Made by a program: the position numbers and the translations under genes. Shown piece after piece: positions 8,965 through 19,426 of a DNA stretch of 64,000 bases; the first letter of the stretch is position 1; each line of letters starts with the position of its first letter. The DNA comes from Candidatus Omnitrophota bacterium (lineage in GTDB: Bacteria; Omnitrophota; Gorgyraeia; Zapsychrales; Zapsychraceae): NCBI GenBank assembly GCA_016931055.1, contig JAFGFL010000062.1, positions 17,451 through 81,450 on the forward strand. The letters are read 5' to 3'. A model generated the notes under the pieces. That model was not told the origin of the DNA and ran no database searches. It saw nothing but the letters and a program-made list of their open reading frames with translations.

Positions 8965-9753
8965 TCATACCCGCAAGAGAAAATAGAATAATGTCGTGAA
9001 AAAACAATCCGCGATAATGATCAGGATGAACGAGATCACGACCGCGATCGTGGTCGACCTCCCCACCCCTTCAGCGCCGCTTTGAACATTTAAACCCTGA
9101 TGACAGCCGACCAAAGCGATGATCGCCCCGAAAAAGACCGTCTTGGTCAAACCCGTTACGATATCCTTGGCTGTCAAGGCGTCCGCGATCATCGAAAAAT
9201 ACAGCGTGGGGCTGATATACAACTTATAAACGCAGATGACAAATCCCCCCAGCATCCCAACGAGATCGGCAAAGACCGTCAAAACGGGCAACATAATGAC
9301 CAAGCCCAAAAACCGCGGGACCACTAGATATTTCACAGGATTGACCGCAAAAGCCCTCATCGCGTCCACTTGCTCGGTCACGGTCATGGACCCGATCTCG
9401 GCCGTGATCCCCGCTCCGATGCGGCCGGCAACGATCAAGGCCGTCAAAACAGGGGCCAATTCCCTTGTCAATGAGACCGCCACCACCGACGGAATGTAGA
9501 TCTCCGCCGACATCTCAAGCATCAGGTAGGCCATCTGCAGCGCCATGATCATCCCTATGAAGAACGCCACCAACGACGCGATCAGGAAACTTCCCGGGCC
9601 GATCCTCTTGGCCTGGCTTAACACCCGGTACGCGTTAAACGGCGGGGTGAACACATGATAGACCGTCCTGCCCAAAAGCAGCGTTAAATCTCCGACATAC
9701 CGGACAACATGAACAATGATATTTCCCGAATAAGAAACGATATTCGCAAGCAT
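8965..9753 (-). CDS. mlaE: ABC transporter permease (MlaE/YrbE family)
   Basis: 262-aa polytopic membrane protein with the MlaE-like pattern, located directly upstream of mlaF. Confidence 0.85.
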   Translation of the reverse strand: MLANIVSYSGNIIVHVVRYVGDLTLLLGRTVYHVFTPPFNAYRVLSQAKRIGPGSFLIASLVAFFIGMIMALQMAYLMLEMSAEIYIPSVVAVSLTRELAPVLTALIVAGRIGAGITAEIGSMTVTEQVDAMRAFAVNPVKYLVVPRFLGLVIMLPVLTVFADLVGMLGGFVICVYKLYISPTLYFSMIADALTAKDIVTGLTKTVFFGAIIALVGCHQGLNVQSGAEGVGRSTTIAVVISFILIIIADCFFTTLFYFLLRV

Positions 9754-9767
9754 TCAAGAAGTCCCGG

Positions 9768-10760
9768 TTAGAATTTACGCGTCCGCTCAATACCAAGCAT
9801 GTCGATTTCATCCCCTGCCGACGGGCCTGTCCCCAAGGCATCCCCTTTTTTCAGGTGATATTTCAGTTCCGTCGTTCTGGAATCTTGGGGATTAAGGCGT
9901 TTGATCGTCCATTCCGTTTCCGATCCTGAATCGCTGACCAACGGCGCCAATGTTAACGCTTGAATCTGTTTCTTGAAATTCTTTTTATCGCTCAGATTAA
10001 ACGGACCATCCAAAGAGAAGCTCGCGCCGTCCGATTTGGAAACAGTGGAACGGGTGATCTGCATCAAGGGATAGGTCCCTTCGATGTTCAACACAATCGT
10101 ATCGTAGTTCAGCTGTTGGACAAAACCGGTTCTGCTCTGGAGGTTCCCTTTTAGCTCAAGGCGGGCCAGAGAACCCGAAGCCCTGATTTGCCCAAAGACG
10201 TCGCCGGCAGATTCATATTCCTTGCCTGAGCCCCAGAAATTGAGAAAATCTTTCATATCGACTCCAAGCAACCGGACCGTAACATTAAGGGCATAGGGCG
10301 CCGTCAAATCAAGATACCCGTTGGCCGTAAGGTTTCCTACGGACAATGCGATCATATACAGCTTTTTATTTTTGATCTCAAAGCGGCCGGATAGTTCATT
10401 AATGGGCTTAAAATCAACCAAGGAATACTGGCTCCAGATCTTCCCCTGCAAATCATTACTCAAGAGTCCGCCGTCGCCGTTCTTGCCAATAGCCAAGTCA
10501 ACAGAACTTTCGATCTTGCTTAAAAGGTCAAAAAGCGGAGTTTTGAGATGATTGACATCCAGCGAGAAATGATAATTCGATTCGGACATCTTCATCATCT
10601 TCGCCTTTATCGAACTCCCCTCATGGAAGTCCATAACCACTTCCATCTCGCCTTTTGAAAGATCGGCCTGTCCTTCAAAGAAAAACAGGCGCTCGGCAAA
10701 AGAAAGTTTCGGTGTGAAGATAAACAGACAAACTGCCAGAAAGAATTTAAAGACGTTCAT
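9768..10760 (-). CDS. hypothetical secreted protein, first gene of the mla cluster
   Basis: Signal peptide MNVFKFFLAVCLFIFTPKLSFA followed by beta-rich repeats. I do not recognise the family. The stop is 14 nt before mlaE. Confidence 0.6.
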   Translation of the reverse strand: MNVFKFFLAVCLFIFTPKLSFAERLFFFEGQADLSKGEMEVVMDFHEGSSIKAKMMKMSESNYHFSLDVNHLKTPLFDLLSKIESSVDLAIGKNGDGGLLSNDLQGKIWSQYSLVDFKPINELSGRFEIKNKKLYMIALSVGNLTANGYLDLTAPYALNVTVRLLGVDMKDFLNFWGSGKEYESAGDVFGQIRASGSLARLELKGNLQSRTGFVQQLNYDTIVLNIEGTYPLMQITRSTVSKSDGASFSLDGPFNLSDKKNFKKQIQALTLAPLVSDSGSETEWTIKRLNPQDSRTTELKYHLKKGDALGTGPSAGDEIDMLGIERTRKF

Positions 10761-10865
10761 GAATCCTCTTTAAAGCCTTAAGCGCGCCTTGAGCCGAATC
10801 CAAGTGCCGCGCTCAAAACCAACACAGATCATTTGAGCCGTTGGGCCATTTCCCCGATCGTTTTA

Positions 10866-13283
10866 TTATTTAAATACTAAGACATCCCCTTTTCGGTCAA
10901 CCTTGATCTTGCGGCTCTCTTTAAAATGCCCGCCGATGATGTCTTCGGCCAGCGGATCTTCCAGAAGCCTCTGAATGGTCCGCTTCAGCGGCCTGGCCCC
11001 ATAGACCGGGTCAAACCCTTTTTCGACAAGAAGTTCGATGGCATCTTTGGAAAGCTCAATATCGATATCCTTTTCCTTCAGCCGTTTGATCACTTCATTG
11101 ATTTCCAGCTGGACGATACTATAAAGGTTCTCTTTTGTCAGCGATTTAAAGACAATAATATCGTCAACACGGTTTAAGAACTCGGGCTTGAATGTCTTTT
11201 TGACCTCTTCAAGAAGGCGTTCCTTCATGTCTTCGTAAGTCGCACTTTCTTTCTGGGCAACAAACCCCAACGACCCTTGTTTGCGCAGCATTTCCGCGCC
11301 GACATTAGACGTCATAAAAACGATCGTATTACGAAAATCAATCTTTCTGCCCAAACTATCGGTCAACCGCCCCTCCTCAAAAACCTGCAGCAAGATATTA
11401 AACACATCCTGGTGGGCTTTTTCAATCTCATCTAATAAAACGACTGAATAGGGCTTGCGCCGCACTTTTTCCGTCAGTTGCCCTCCTTCTTCATATCCGA
11501 CGTATCCCGGCGGAGCGCCGATCAAGCGGGAGACATTGAACTTGTCCATGTACTCGGACATGTCGATCTGGATCAGGGCGTCCCTGCTGCCGAACATAAA
11601 TTCGGCCAGCACTTGTGCCAACAGCGTCTTGCCGACCCCGGTCGGCCCCAAAAAAACAAAAGAGCCGATTGGCCGACGGGGATTTTTAATCCCCGCGCGC
11701 GATCTGCGGACGGCGCGCGCGATCGCGCTGATCGCCTCTTCCTGGCCGATCACCATGCCCTTCAATCTCTCTTCCATTTGAAGCAATTTCTGGCTTTCCT
11801 CCTGCTCCAGGCGGGCCAAAGGAACCTTTGTCCATTGCGAGACAACCCGGGCAATGTCTTCATAACCCAACGTTAAAGTGATCTTGTCCCTTTCGTTAGA
11901 CCATTCGTTTTTCACATCTTCGAGTTTCTTCCGTTTTTCCCGTTCAAGGTCCCGCATTTTCGCCGCTTTTTCAAAATCCTGGCTCTTGATAAATTCCTCT
12001 TTTTCCTGCTTTAAATCCGCAATTTCACCTTCCAGTTCCTTCACATCCGGAGGCGCGACCATGGCCTTAAGACGCGCCTGGGCCCCGGCCTCGTCAAGGA
12101 TATCGACCGCCTTATCGGGCAAGGCCCGGCCCGAGATATACCGGTCAGAAAGCCGGACCGCCGCATCCAGGGATTCATCGGAAAATTTCACGCGATGATG
12201 CGCCTCATATTTATCGCGCAGGCCCTTTAAGATCTGGATCGTCTCATCGATTGTCGGCGGTTCGACCATGATGGTCTGGAACCTCCGCTCAAGGGCGGCA
12301 TCCTTTTCGATATGTTTGCGGTATTCATCGAGCGTCGTCGCCCCGATACATTGGATCTCGCCCCGCGCCAAAGCCGGTTTAAGGATGTTGGCCGCATCGA
12401 TCGCGCCCTCGGCCGCGCCGGCCCCGACCAGCGTGTGCAATTCATCGATGAACAAAATGATCTGTCCCGAGCGCTTGATCTCATCCATGATCGCCTTGAT
12501 GCGCTCCTCGAACTGCCCGCGGTATTTCGTCCCCGCGATCATCAGCGCCAGATCAAGGACGACAATGCTCTTGTCCCTGAGGATCTCAGGGGTATTGCCC
12601 TCGACAATGAGCTGCGCTAACCCTTCGACGATCGCCGTCTTTCCGACGCCGGCCTCCCCCAAAAGGACAGGATTGTTTTTCGTGCGCCGGCTCAAGATCT
12701 GCAGGATGCGCTGGATCTCTTCCTTGCGCCCGATCACAGGGTCCAATTTCCCTTCCTTCGCCAGCTTATTAAGATTGCGCCCATAAGCGTTGATCGCCGG
12801 CGTTTTATCAGCCTTCACCGCTTCCTCTCCGCCGTATCCGGGGATGCCGGACCCCAAAAGCTCCATCACCTCGTTACGCAACTTCCCAAGATCCAATCCG
12901 AGATTCAAAAGCACCCGATAGGCCATCCCTTCCCCCTCTTTGACCAGACCGAGCAGTAGATGTTCCGTTCCGATATAGTTATGGCCAAGTGATCGGGCCT
13001 CTTCCGCCGAAAGTTCCAGCGCTTTTTTCGAGCGCGGCGTAAAAGGAATGTCGCCTAAGACCTGCGTTTGCGGGCCTGGCTGGACCAATTTTTCCACTTC
13101 GATGCGGATCGTTTCGAGGTCTAAGCCCAGTTTCTGCAGAACCGCCGCCGCAACACCTTCCCCTTCCCGGACCAGCCCCAGAAGCAAGTGTTCCGTTCCG
13201 ATATAATCATGGTTGAACCGCCTTGCCTCCTCTTTAGCGTAAACAATAACCTTTCTGGCCCTCTCGGTAAATCGATTGAACAT
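10866..13283 (-). CDS. clpC: ATP-dependent Clp protease ATP-binding subunit ClpC
   Basis: 805 aa with two N-terminal Clp repeats, two AAA+ modules ([16 protein letters not shown]) and a UVR-like linker. Confidence 0.95.
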   Translation of the reverse strand: MFNRFTERARKVIVYAKEEARRFNHDYIGTEHLLLGLVREGEGVAAAVLQKLGLDLETIRIEVEKLVQPGPQTQVLGDIPFTPRSKKALELSAEEARSLGHNYIGTEHLLLGLVKEGEGMAYRVLLNLGLDLGKLRNEVMELLGSGIPGYGGEEAVKADKTPAINAYGRNLNKLAKEGKLDPVIGRKEEIQRILQILSRRTKNNPVLLGEAGVGKTAIVEGLAQLIVEGNTPEILRDKSIVVLDLALMIAGTKYRGQFEERIKAIMDEIKRSGQIILFIDELHTLVGAGAAEGAIDAANILKPALARGEIQCIGATTLDEYRKHIEKDAALERRFQTIMVEPPTIDETIQILKGLRDKYEAHHRVKFSDESLDAAVRLSDRYISGRALPDKAVDILDEAGAQARLKAMVAPPDVKELEGEIADLKQEKEEFIKSQDFEKAAKMRDLEREKRKKLEDVKNEWSNERDKITLTLGYEDIARVVSQWTKVPLARLEQEESQKLLQMEERLKGMVIGQEEAISAIARAVRRSRAGIKNPRRPIGSFVFLGPTGVGKTLLAQVLAEFMFGSRDALIQIDMSEYMDKFNVSRLIGAPPGYVGYEEGGQLTEKVRRKPYSVVLLDEIEKAHQDVFNILLQVFEEGRLTDSLGRKIDFRNTIVFMTSNVGAEMLRKQGSLGFVAQKESATYEDMKERLLEEVKKTFKPEFLNRVDDIIVFKSLTKENLYSIVQLEINEVIKRLKEKDIDIELSKDAIELLVEKGFDPVYGARPLKRTIQRLLEDPLAEDIIGGHFKESRKIKVDRKGDVLVFK

Positions 13284-13287
13284 CTCC

Positions 13288-14337
13288 CTAACCTCCTATC
13301 TTTTCGCGAATAAGACTCGCGCGTTTCGTGTCTCGTTCCGACGTGGACAATTTCTTTCCTTCGATTTTCTGCAAATGTGCCGGCTGGATCATAATGAACA
13401 ATTCGTTGATCGCCATGCGGTCGACATCCTTGACGATCCCCAAATCGACTCCCAAGCGGACCATCGACAACAATTCAACGGTCTCCTGGCTGGAGATGAT
13501 ATGAGCATTCTTTAAGATGCCGTAGGAACGGAAGATCTTATCCTCCAGCATGGGCCTGTTCTGCACCAACAAGGCCTGCCGCGCCTGTTCTTCCTGATCG
13601 ATCACCTGGCGGATCAAGCCGTTGATATTCTGAAGAACGTCCAGCTCGGTATGCCCCATCGACACCTGATTGGAGATCTGATAAAAATTGCCGCTGGCCT
13701 GCGTCCCTTCGCCGTAAAATCCGCGGGACGCAAAATTTAATTTTGAGATCGCCGCCAATACTTTATTAATCTGTTTGGTCATCACCAAAGCCGGCAGATG
13801 AAGCATCACCGATCCGCGCATGGCGGTCCCGGTATTCGTCGGGCATGCCGTCAGATATCCCCAATGAAGCGAATAGGCATAATCCAGTTTTTGGGATAAA
13901 GCATCATCGATGGTGTCGGCGATCTTCCAGGTTTCATCCAGATTAAAACCGGATTGCATCACCTGAATGCGCAGGTGGTCTTCCTCATTGATCATCACGG
14001 ACAAGACCTCTTCCTCAGAAACGATCAAGGCCTTTCCTTCCGGATTGCTGGCATGCTCGTGGCTCATCAGGTGCCGTTCGATCAAAAATTGTTTGTCCAC
14101 GTTATCCAGCTCGTTGATTTTAAGAAAAATGGATTTCTTAAAAAACTCAATCCCATCGGCCGTCTGGTGAACGATCTCTAAAATATCACTCAGGTCTTTT
14201 TTTCTGGCCTTATTGGGAAAGGGCTTATCGACCAAATTGCGCGCCAGACGGATGCGTGAAGACATCACAATATTCGAAAACGCGCCCCGCCCTTTTAACC
14301 ACTGCCCCGTATTACTGATAAAGTCGTCTAGTTTCAT
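13288..14337 (-). CDS. mcsB: protein arginine kinase McsB
   Basis: Guanidino-kinase core ([10 protein letters not shown]) located between mcsA and clpC. Confidence 0.9.
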   Translation of the reverse strand: MKLDDFISNTGQWLKGRGAFSNIVMSSRIRLARNLVDKPFPNKARKKDLSDILEIVHQTADGIEFFKKSIFLKINELDNVDKQFLIERHLMSHEHASNPEGKALIVSEEEVLSVMINEEDHLRIQVMQSGFNLDETWKIADTIDDALSQKLDYAYSLHWGYLTACPTNTGTAMRGSVMLHLPALVMTKQINKVLAAISKLNFASRGFYGEGTQASGNFYQISNQVSMGHTELDVLQNINGLIRQVIDQEEQARQALLVQNRPMLEDKIFRSYGILKNAHIISSQETVELLSMVRLGVDLGIVKDVDRMAINELFIMIQPAHLQKIEGKKLSTSERDTKRASLIREKIGG

Positions 14338-14370
14338 GAGATATCCAATCCTTCGTTTAAAAAACCGTCT

Positions 14371-14868
14371 TTATTCTTTTTTATTTTCTATATCCCGTAT
14401 CTTGTCCCTTATTTCCGCGGCCCGTTCAAAATCTTCCCTTTGGATAGCCTGCTGCAATTGCGTTTTCAACTCCTGGAAACTCTCGATCTTGTCTTTCTCG
14501 GCTTGAGGGATCTTCGCCGGGGCTTTCCCCACATGATGGTTGGACCCATGGACTTTTTTCAGGAGCGTGCTCAAGTGCATTTTAAAAGATTCATAACATT
14601 GGCTGCATCCCAAGCGGCCGAACTTTCTGAACTCGTCATAGGTCATGCCGCAGTTCGGACATTTGATGACTTCATGGGCTTCTTCTTTTGTCGGTTTTCC
14701 GAAATCCGCCAGCCCCGCGAGCAGGTCCGCCAGGCCGAACTGCTGTTCCATTTGCACGCTTTTCTGCCGCGCGCACTCCTCGCAGAGATGCATTTCCGAC
14801 ATCTGATCATCCACGATCTCCGTCAAATGAACCGTCGCTTTTTTCTTCCCGCAAATATCACATTGCAT
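14371..14868 (-). CDS. mcsA: McsA (UvrB/C-motif, zinc-finger activator of McsB)
   Basis: The start MQCDICGKKKA gives N-terminal CxxC pairs (CDIC, CEEC, CPNC, CSQC) and a C-terminal UVR motif. The track start at 14919 adds 17 unlikely residues. Confidence 0.85.
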   Translation of the reverse strand: MQCDICGKKKATVHLTEIVDDQMSEMHLCEECARQKSVQMEQQFGLADLLAGLADFGKPTKEEAHEVIKCPNCGMTYDEFRKFGRLGCSQCYESFKMHLSTLLKKVHGSNHHVGKAPAKIPQAEKDKIESFQELKTQLQQAIQREDFERAAEIRDKIRDIENKKE

Positions 14869-14959
14869 GCTATTTTCCTTATGATGTGCCCCGTCATCCG
14901 CGACCCGTGTTCCGCACACGCCATTTGGAACCGCCTGTCACGAGAAGCGCGGAACAAAG

Positions 14960-15823
14960 TTAATACTTGATTCCAGTATTAGTCGTTTCTGCCTTGAACA
15001 TCCTTATCATTTTTTTGGTCAGAGGACCGGGCTGTCCGTCACCGATCGCCCTGCCGTCTACCTTCACAACCGGAATAATCTCCGCCGCTGTTCCGGTTAA
15101 AAAGCATTCATCGGCCGTATAAACCTCGTGGCGCGTGAGCAGGCGCTCCTCTGCCTTCATTTTCGACTTTGCCGCCAAGGCCAGGACAACATCCCGCGTG
15201 ATCCCCTTCAAGCGCCCTTGGCTCGGTGTCGACAAAATCCCGTTCTTAACGATAAAAATATTGTCGCCTGTGCATTCCGCCACATAGCCCTGAGGATCCA
15301 GCATAATTGCCTCGCAATATCCGGCATTGCTGGCTTCGATCTTCGCAAGGATATTGTTCAGGTAGTTCAAAGATTTCAGCCTGGGGTTGAGCGCCTCCGG
15401 ACAATTGCGCACGGTCGGCACCGTGATAATCTCCATGCCCTTGTCGTACATTTCTTTCGGATAAAGCGTGATCTTATCGGTAATGATAATGACGCAAGGC
15501 TTACCGTAACATTTCTTTGGGTCCAGCCCCAAGTCGCCTTCCCCCCGCGTCACAATGACGCGGATATAAGCATCCTTCAGCTTATTTGCTTTAAGCGTAT
15601 CCACCACGGCCTTGATCATTTGTTTCCTCGTAAGCGGGGCCTCGATCATCAGCGTGTGCGCGGTTTCATAAAGGCGGTCAATATGTTCTTTTAATTTGAA
15701 CACCAAGCCGTTATAGGAACGGATCCCCTCAAAAGCGCCGTCACCGTACAGGAACCCGTGATCAAACACGGACACGGTTGCCTCTTTTTTATCAACAAAC
15801 TTTCCATCAATATAAATTTTCAT
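14960..15823 (-). CDS. ilvE: branched-chain amino acid aminotransferase (class IV)
   Basis: 287 aa with the fold-type IV pattern FDHGFLYGDGAFEG...EGDLGL. Confidence 0.85.
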   Translation of the reverse strand: MKIYIDGKFVDKKEATVSVFDHGFLYGDGAFEGIRSYNGLVFKLKEHIDRLYETAHTLMIEAPLTRKQMIKAVVDTLKANKLKDAYIRVIVTRGEGDLGLDPKKCYGKPCVIIITDKITLYPKEMYDKGMEIITVPTVRNCPEALNPRLKSLNYLNNILAKIEASNAGYCEAIMLDPQGYVAECTGDNIFIVKNGILSTPSQGRLKGITRDVVLALAAKSKMKAEERLLTRHEVYTADECFLTGTAAEIIPVVKVDGRAIGDGQPGPLTKKMIRMFKAETTNTGIKY

Positions 15824-15887
15824 GGTCGCCTCACTTTTTCTACCGATTCCAATTGGTGTTTTTCATAACATTTACATCGCCTGAGGA

Positions 15888-16580
15888 TCAACGGCCAACC
15901 CTTTCTTTTTCCGGGACCAATATTCCATCCCGGATATGAATCCTCCTGTGCGAACGCATGGCAATTTGTTCATCATGCGTCACGATCACAAGCGTCTGAT
16001 GATTCTTCTTATTCAAATCCATCAACAGGCGGATAATCCCATCGCCGCTCTCAGAATCCAGATTCCCCGTCGGCTCATCACAGAAAACGATCCGGGGATT
16101 GTTGATGAGCGCCCGGGCAATGGCCACCCGCTGCTGTTCCCCTCCTGATAATTGATAAGGCTTGTGATCGGCCCGTTGTTTTAATCCGACTTTGTCCAGA
16201 AGGTCTAGCCCTTGGCCCTCAAACTGTTTCTTGGCGCCCTGCCGCATTTGGATCATGGCCGGCAACAGGACATTCTCCAGAGCCGTGAACTCCGGAAGCA
16301 GATGATAGAACTGAAAGACAAACCCAACCTTCGTGTTGCGTATCCTGGCCCGCGCCGCATCTTTTAAACCGTAGATATTCTCGCCGTCAAGATGGACCTC
16401 TCCCTGGTCAGGCTTGTCCAAACCGCCAAGGACATGTAAGAGCGTCGATTTGCCGGCTCCGGAAGGGCCGACCACCGAAACAATAGCACCTTCTTCGATT
16501 CTTAAATCAATCCCTTTAAGAACATGCAAAGCATTGTTAGAGCGGAAGTACGATTTATTGATATTCAAAGCTTCAAGCAT
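15888..16580 (-). CDS. lolD: lipoprotein-releasing system ATP-binding protein (LolD-like)
   Basis: Walker [10 protein letters not shown] and signature LSGGEQQR. It follows a LolC/E-type permease. Confidence 0.8.
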   Translation of the reverse strand: MLEALNINKSYFRSNNALHVLKGIDLRIEEGAIVSVVGPSGAGKSTLLHVLGGLDKPDQGEVHLDGENIYGLKDAARARIRNTKVGFVFQFYHLLPEFTALENVLLPAMIQMRQGAKKQFEGQGLDLLDKVGLKQRADHKPYQLSGGEQQRVAIARALINNPRIVFCDEPTGNLDSESGDGIIRLLMDLNKKNHQTLVIVTHDEQIAMRSHRRIHIRDGILVPEKERVGR

Positions 16581-16600
16581 CGCAGATCACACGTCCATTT

Positions 16601-17797
16601 CTATTCATACCGCAGGGCATCGACCGGTTGAAGACTTGCCGCTTTGGCCGCCGGGTAAATGGTCGCCAGGTAACTGATCACCATCGCCGCTGCTACAATA
16701 ATGGCGATGTCCGTTGACTGTAAATCAACAGGGACGTGATCGATGGAATATATCTCCTGTGGGACTTGGACATATGTCTTCAGGATATAGCTTAAGCCGA
16801 TGCCGCCGACAAGCCCCCAGAATATCCCTAACATCCCGATAAAAACGCCTTGCTTCGTAAAAATCCTTCTGATCGCGCGTTTCGGCACACCGATCGACTG
16901 CAGGATGCCGATATCATGGATCTTACTCGTCACCGTGACGATCAATGTGCTGACAATATTAAACGACGCCACCAGAACCATCAATGTAAGGATAATAAAC
17001 AAACCCCATTTCTCGAGGAACAGGGCTTCAAAAAGGTTGCGGTTAATATCGATCCACGTCTTGACCAGAAATCCATAGCCGATGACCTCGTAAATTGCTT
17101 TCTTCATTTCCTTAGCCGCATATGGATCCTTTAATTTCACCCCAAGACCCGTTGCTATATGACTGTCTAAACCAAAAATAACCTGAGCTTTTTTTAGGTT
17201 CACAATCACCAAACTAAGATCGTAATCTGCCATTCCCGTATTAAAAATCCCGGCAACCTTCAAATGGTATCGCCAGCCTTGGCCGGCGATGCCCGATCCA
17301 GGTGAAATCACCGTGATGGTGTCTCCAAGCCGATACCCAAAATAACGTGCCAGTTCGCTGCCGATAAAAACCCCGTCATCGGTCAAATCTTTCAACGTCC
17401 CTTTAACCAAATACTGATTAACCTTGGTCACCCGCGCTTCGGTGTCAGGGATGATCCCTCGGATAAAAATGCCTGTCGCCTGGCCGCCGGAACTCTCGAG
17501 AAAAACATTTCCTTGAACATAGGCTGACGAAGCCTCAACGCCTTCGATCCTATTAATCTGCTGACGAAGCTCATTAAAACCGCTCACACCGGTCTCTTTT
17601 TCGACCATCACATGCGGCGTCGTCCCTATGATCTTCTCGCGCAGGTTATTGCCGAAACCGGTCATGACGCCGGTCACAACAATCAGGGAAGTCACCCCGA
17701 TCGCCACGCCGGCAACCGAAACAAGGTTGAGAAACGAAAGGAATCTTCCTTTGCTTGCTGTCAAATAACGGTAACTGATCCAGCTTTCGTAATTCAT
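16601..17797 (-). CDS. lipoprotein-releasing system permease (LolC/E, FtsX-like)
   Basis: 398 aa with four TM helices, a large periplasmic loop (MacB-like) and a C-terminus ...LQPVDALRYE. Confidence 0.8.
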   Translation of the reverse strand: MNYESWISYRYLTASKGRFLSFLNLVSVAGVAIGVTSLIVVTGVMTGFGNNLREKIIGTTPHVMVEKETGVSGFNELRQQINRIEGVEASSAYVQGNVFLESSGGQATGIFIRGIIPDTEARVTKVNQYLVKGTLKDLTDDGVFIGSELARYFGYRLGDTITVISPGSGIAGQGWRYHLKVAGIFNTGMADYDLSLVIVNLKKAQVIFGLDSHIATGLGVKLKDPYAAKEMKKAIYEVIGYGFLVKTWIDINRNLFEALFLEKWGLFIILTLMVLVASFNIVSTLIVTVTSKIHDIGILQSIGVPKRAIRRIFTKQGVFIGMLGIFWGLVGGIGLSYILKTYVQVPQEIYSIDHVPVDLQSTDIAIIVAAAMVISYLATIYPAAKAASLQPVDALRYE

Positions 17798-17810
17798 TAT
17801 GCTTGCCCCT

Positions 17811-19256
17811 TCATTGCACCGGTTTCATCAAGGGAAATAAAATCACATCCCGAATAGACGGAGCATCCGTCAGGATCATGACCAAGCGGTCGATTCCGAT
17901 CCCTAATCCTCCCGCCGGCGGCATCCCGTATTCCATGGCATTCAAGAAATCTTCATCGACACATCGGTTGCCCGTTTCCATATCGTCATTCAGGTCTTCC
18001 TGAAGGCGCTCCCGTTGTTCCAAAGCGTCATTTAGTTCGGAATAGGCGTTCCCAACTTCCAGCCCGGCGATAAAGACCTCAAATCGCTGGGAGATCGCTG
18101 CGTTGTCCGGCGAAGTTTTGGCCAATGGGCAGAGAAACGTAAAATAGTCCGTAAAGAACACCGGATTGCCGGCCTCTTCTTCCTCGAGCATGTCTTCCAC
18201 AATTTTCATCACAGCCGAACGCGTGAGCTTATCCATCTTGATCTTTTGGACTTTATGCGCCTTAAGCTTATCCAGCATCATTTTGGCATCATCGCTGGGA
18301 TCGATGCCAAACTTCTTCTTGACGACCTGAGCGAACGACCTTCTTTCCCACGGCGGCGTAAAATCAATCTCCTTGCCTTGGTAGGTGACTTTATAGGAAC
18401 CTGTTATTTCCTTAGCCAGATGACTGATCAGGTCTTCCGTCAGTTTCATCATGTCCCCGTAATCCCCATAGGCTTGATAAACCTCCAGCATCGTGAATTC
18501 GGGATTATGACGGGTGGAGACCCCCTCGTTGCGGAAATTACGGTTTATTTCATAGACGCGCTCCAGCCCTCCGATCAGAAGCCTTTTCAAATACAGTTCC
18601 GGAGCAATCCTCAAATATACTTCCATATCATAGGCATTGTGCTGGCTTTTGAAAGGGCGGCCGCGCGCGCCACCGGCCATCGGTTGCAGCATCGGCGTCT
18701 CGACTTCCAGGAAGCCCAAATTGTCCAGGAAGGCGCGAATGAGGGAGATGATTCTGCTGCGCTTAATGAAAATTTCCTTGACCTCTTTGTTGGCGATAAG
18801 GTCAACATACCTTTGCCGATAGCGGATCTCGACATCCTTTAAGCCATGCCATTTCTCCGGCAAGGGCAGCAGCGACTTGGAAAGGAATGTTATTTCAGCA
18901 ACGCGGACGCTTTGTTGTCCTGTCTTCGTCGTGAACAATGTCCCCTTGATACCGATGATATCGCCGATATCCAACGCCTTAACGATCTCGAATCTGTTGA
19001 CCGTTACCAGTTGGACTTTTATAAAAAGCTGAATTTTACCGCTTTGATCTTCCAAATCGGCAAACATCACCTTCCCATGACTGCGGCTTGCCATCAGGCG
19101 GCCTGCGATCGTCACTTCTTTTCCTTCTTGAAAATTTCTTAAAACGTCGGAAATGGAACTGGTGCGGTCAAAACGCATTCCATAAGGAGCAATGTCGTGT
19201 TCCTTCAACTTCTTGATCTTGTCTACCCTAACTCTTCTGATTTCATCAACTTCCAT
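17811..19256 (-). CDS. lysS: lysine--tRNA ligase (class II)
   Basis: N-terminal OB fold and class II motifs (FRNEG, GGLGIGIDRL). Confidence 0.95.
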   Translation of the reverse strand: MEVDEIRRVRVDKIKKLKEHDIAPYGMRFDRTSSISDVLRNFQEGKEVTIAGRLMASRSHGKVMFADLEDQSGKIQLFIKVQLVTVNRFEIVKALDIGDIIGIKGTLFTTKTGQQSVRVAEITFLSKSLLPLPEKWHGLKDVEIRYRQRYVDLIANKEVKEIFIKRSRIISLIRAFLDNLGFLEVETPMLQPMAGGARGRPFKSQHNAYDMEVYLRIAPELYLKRLLIGGLERVYEINRNFRNEGVSTRHNPEFTMLEVYQAYGDYGDMMKLTEDLISHLAKEITGSYKVTYQGKEIDFTPPWERRSFAQVVKKKFGIDPSDDAKMMLDKLKAHKVQKIKMDKLTRSAVMKIVEDMLEEEEAGNPVFFTDYFTFLCPLAKTSPDNAAISQRFEVFIAGLEVGNAYSELNDALEQRERLQEDLNDDMETGNRCVDEDFLNAMEYGMPPAGGLGIGIDRLVMILTDAPSIRDVILFPLMKPVQ

Positions 19257-19302
19257 AAAAATTAATACCTCATTTAATATTTATACTAATATGTTTAGTT
19301 AG

Positions 19303-19331
19303 ATTATATAGAAAAAGAACTGGAGTGTCAA
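19303..19331 (-). promoter_or_regulatory. consensus sigma70 promoter for lysS
   Basis: The minus strand reads TTGACA-17 nt-TATAAT exactly. It lies about 45 nt upstream of the lysS ATG and just after the lpxI terminator. Confidence 0.7.
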
Positions 19332-19369
19332 TCAAAACACAGCCGTCTATTTCGCCGAGAAATGGCTGT
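19331..19369 (-). terminator. rho-independent terminator after lpxI
   Basis: The minus strand reads ACAGCCATTTC-TCGGC-GAAAT(AGAC)GGCTGT followed by GTTTTGATT. Confidence 0.55.
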
Positions 19370-19426
19370 TCATATCTTTTGCTATTTCCTAAACATTCAA
19401 GGGAAAATGGAGGAAAAAATATTTGC

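Noticed and set aside
14869-14959. CtsR operator or CIRCE element upstream of mcsA
   Set aside because: The spacer contains no (A/G)GTCAAA direct repeat and no TTAGCACTC-N9-GAGTGCTAA. It has only a weak 7-bp-stem hairpin.
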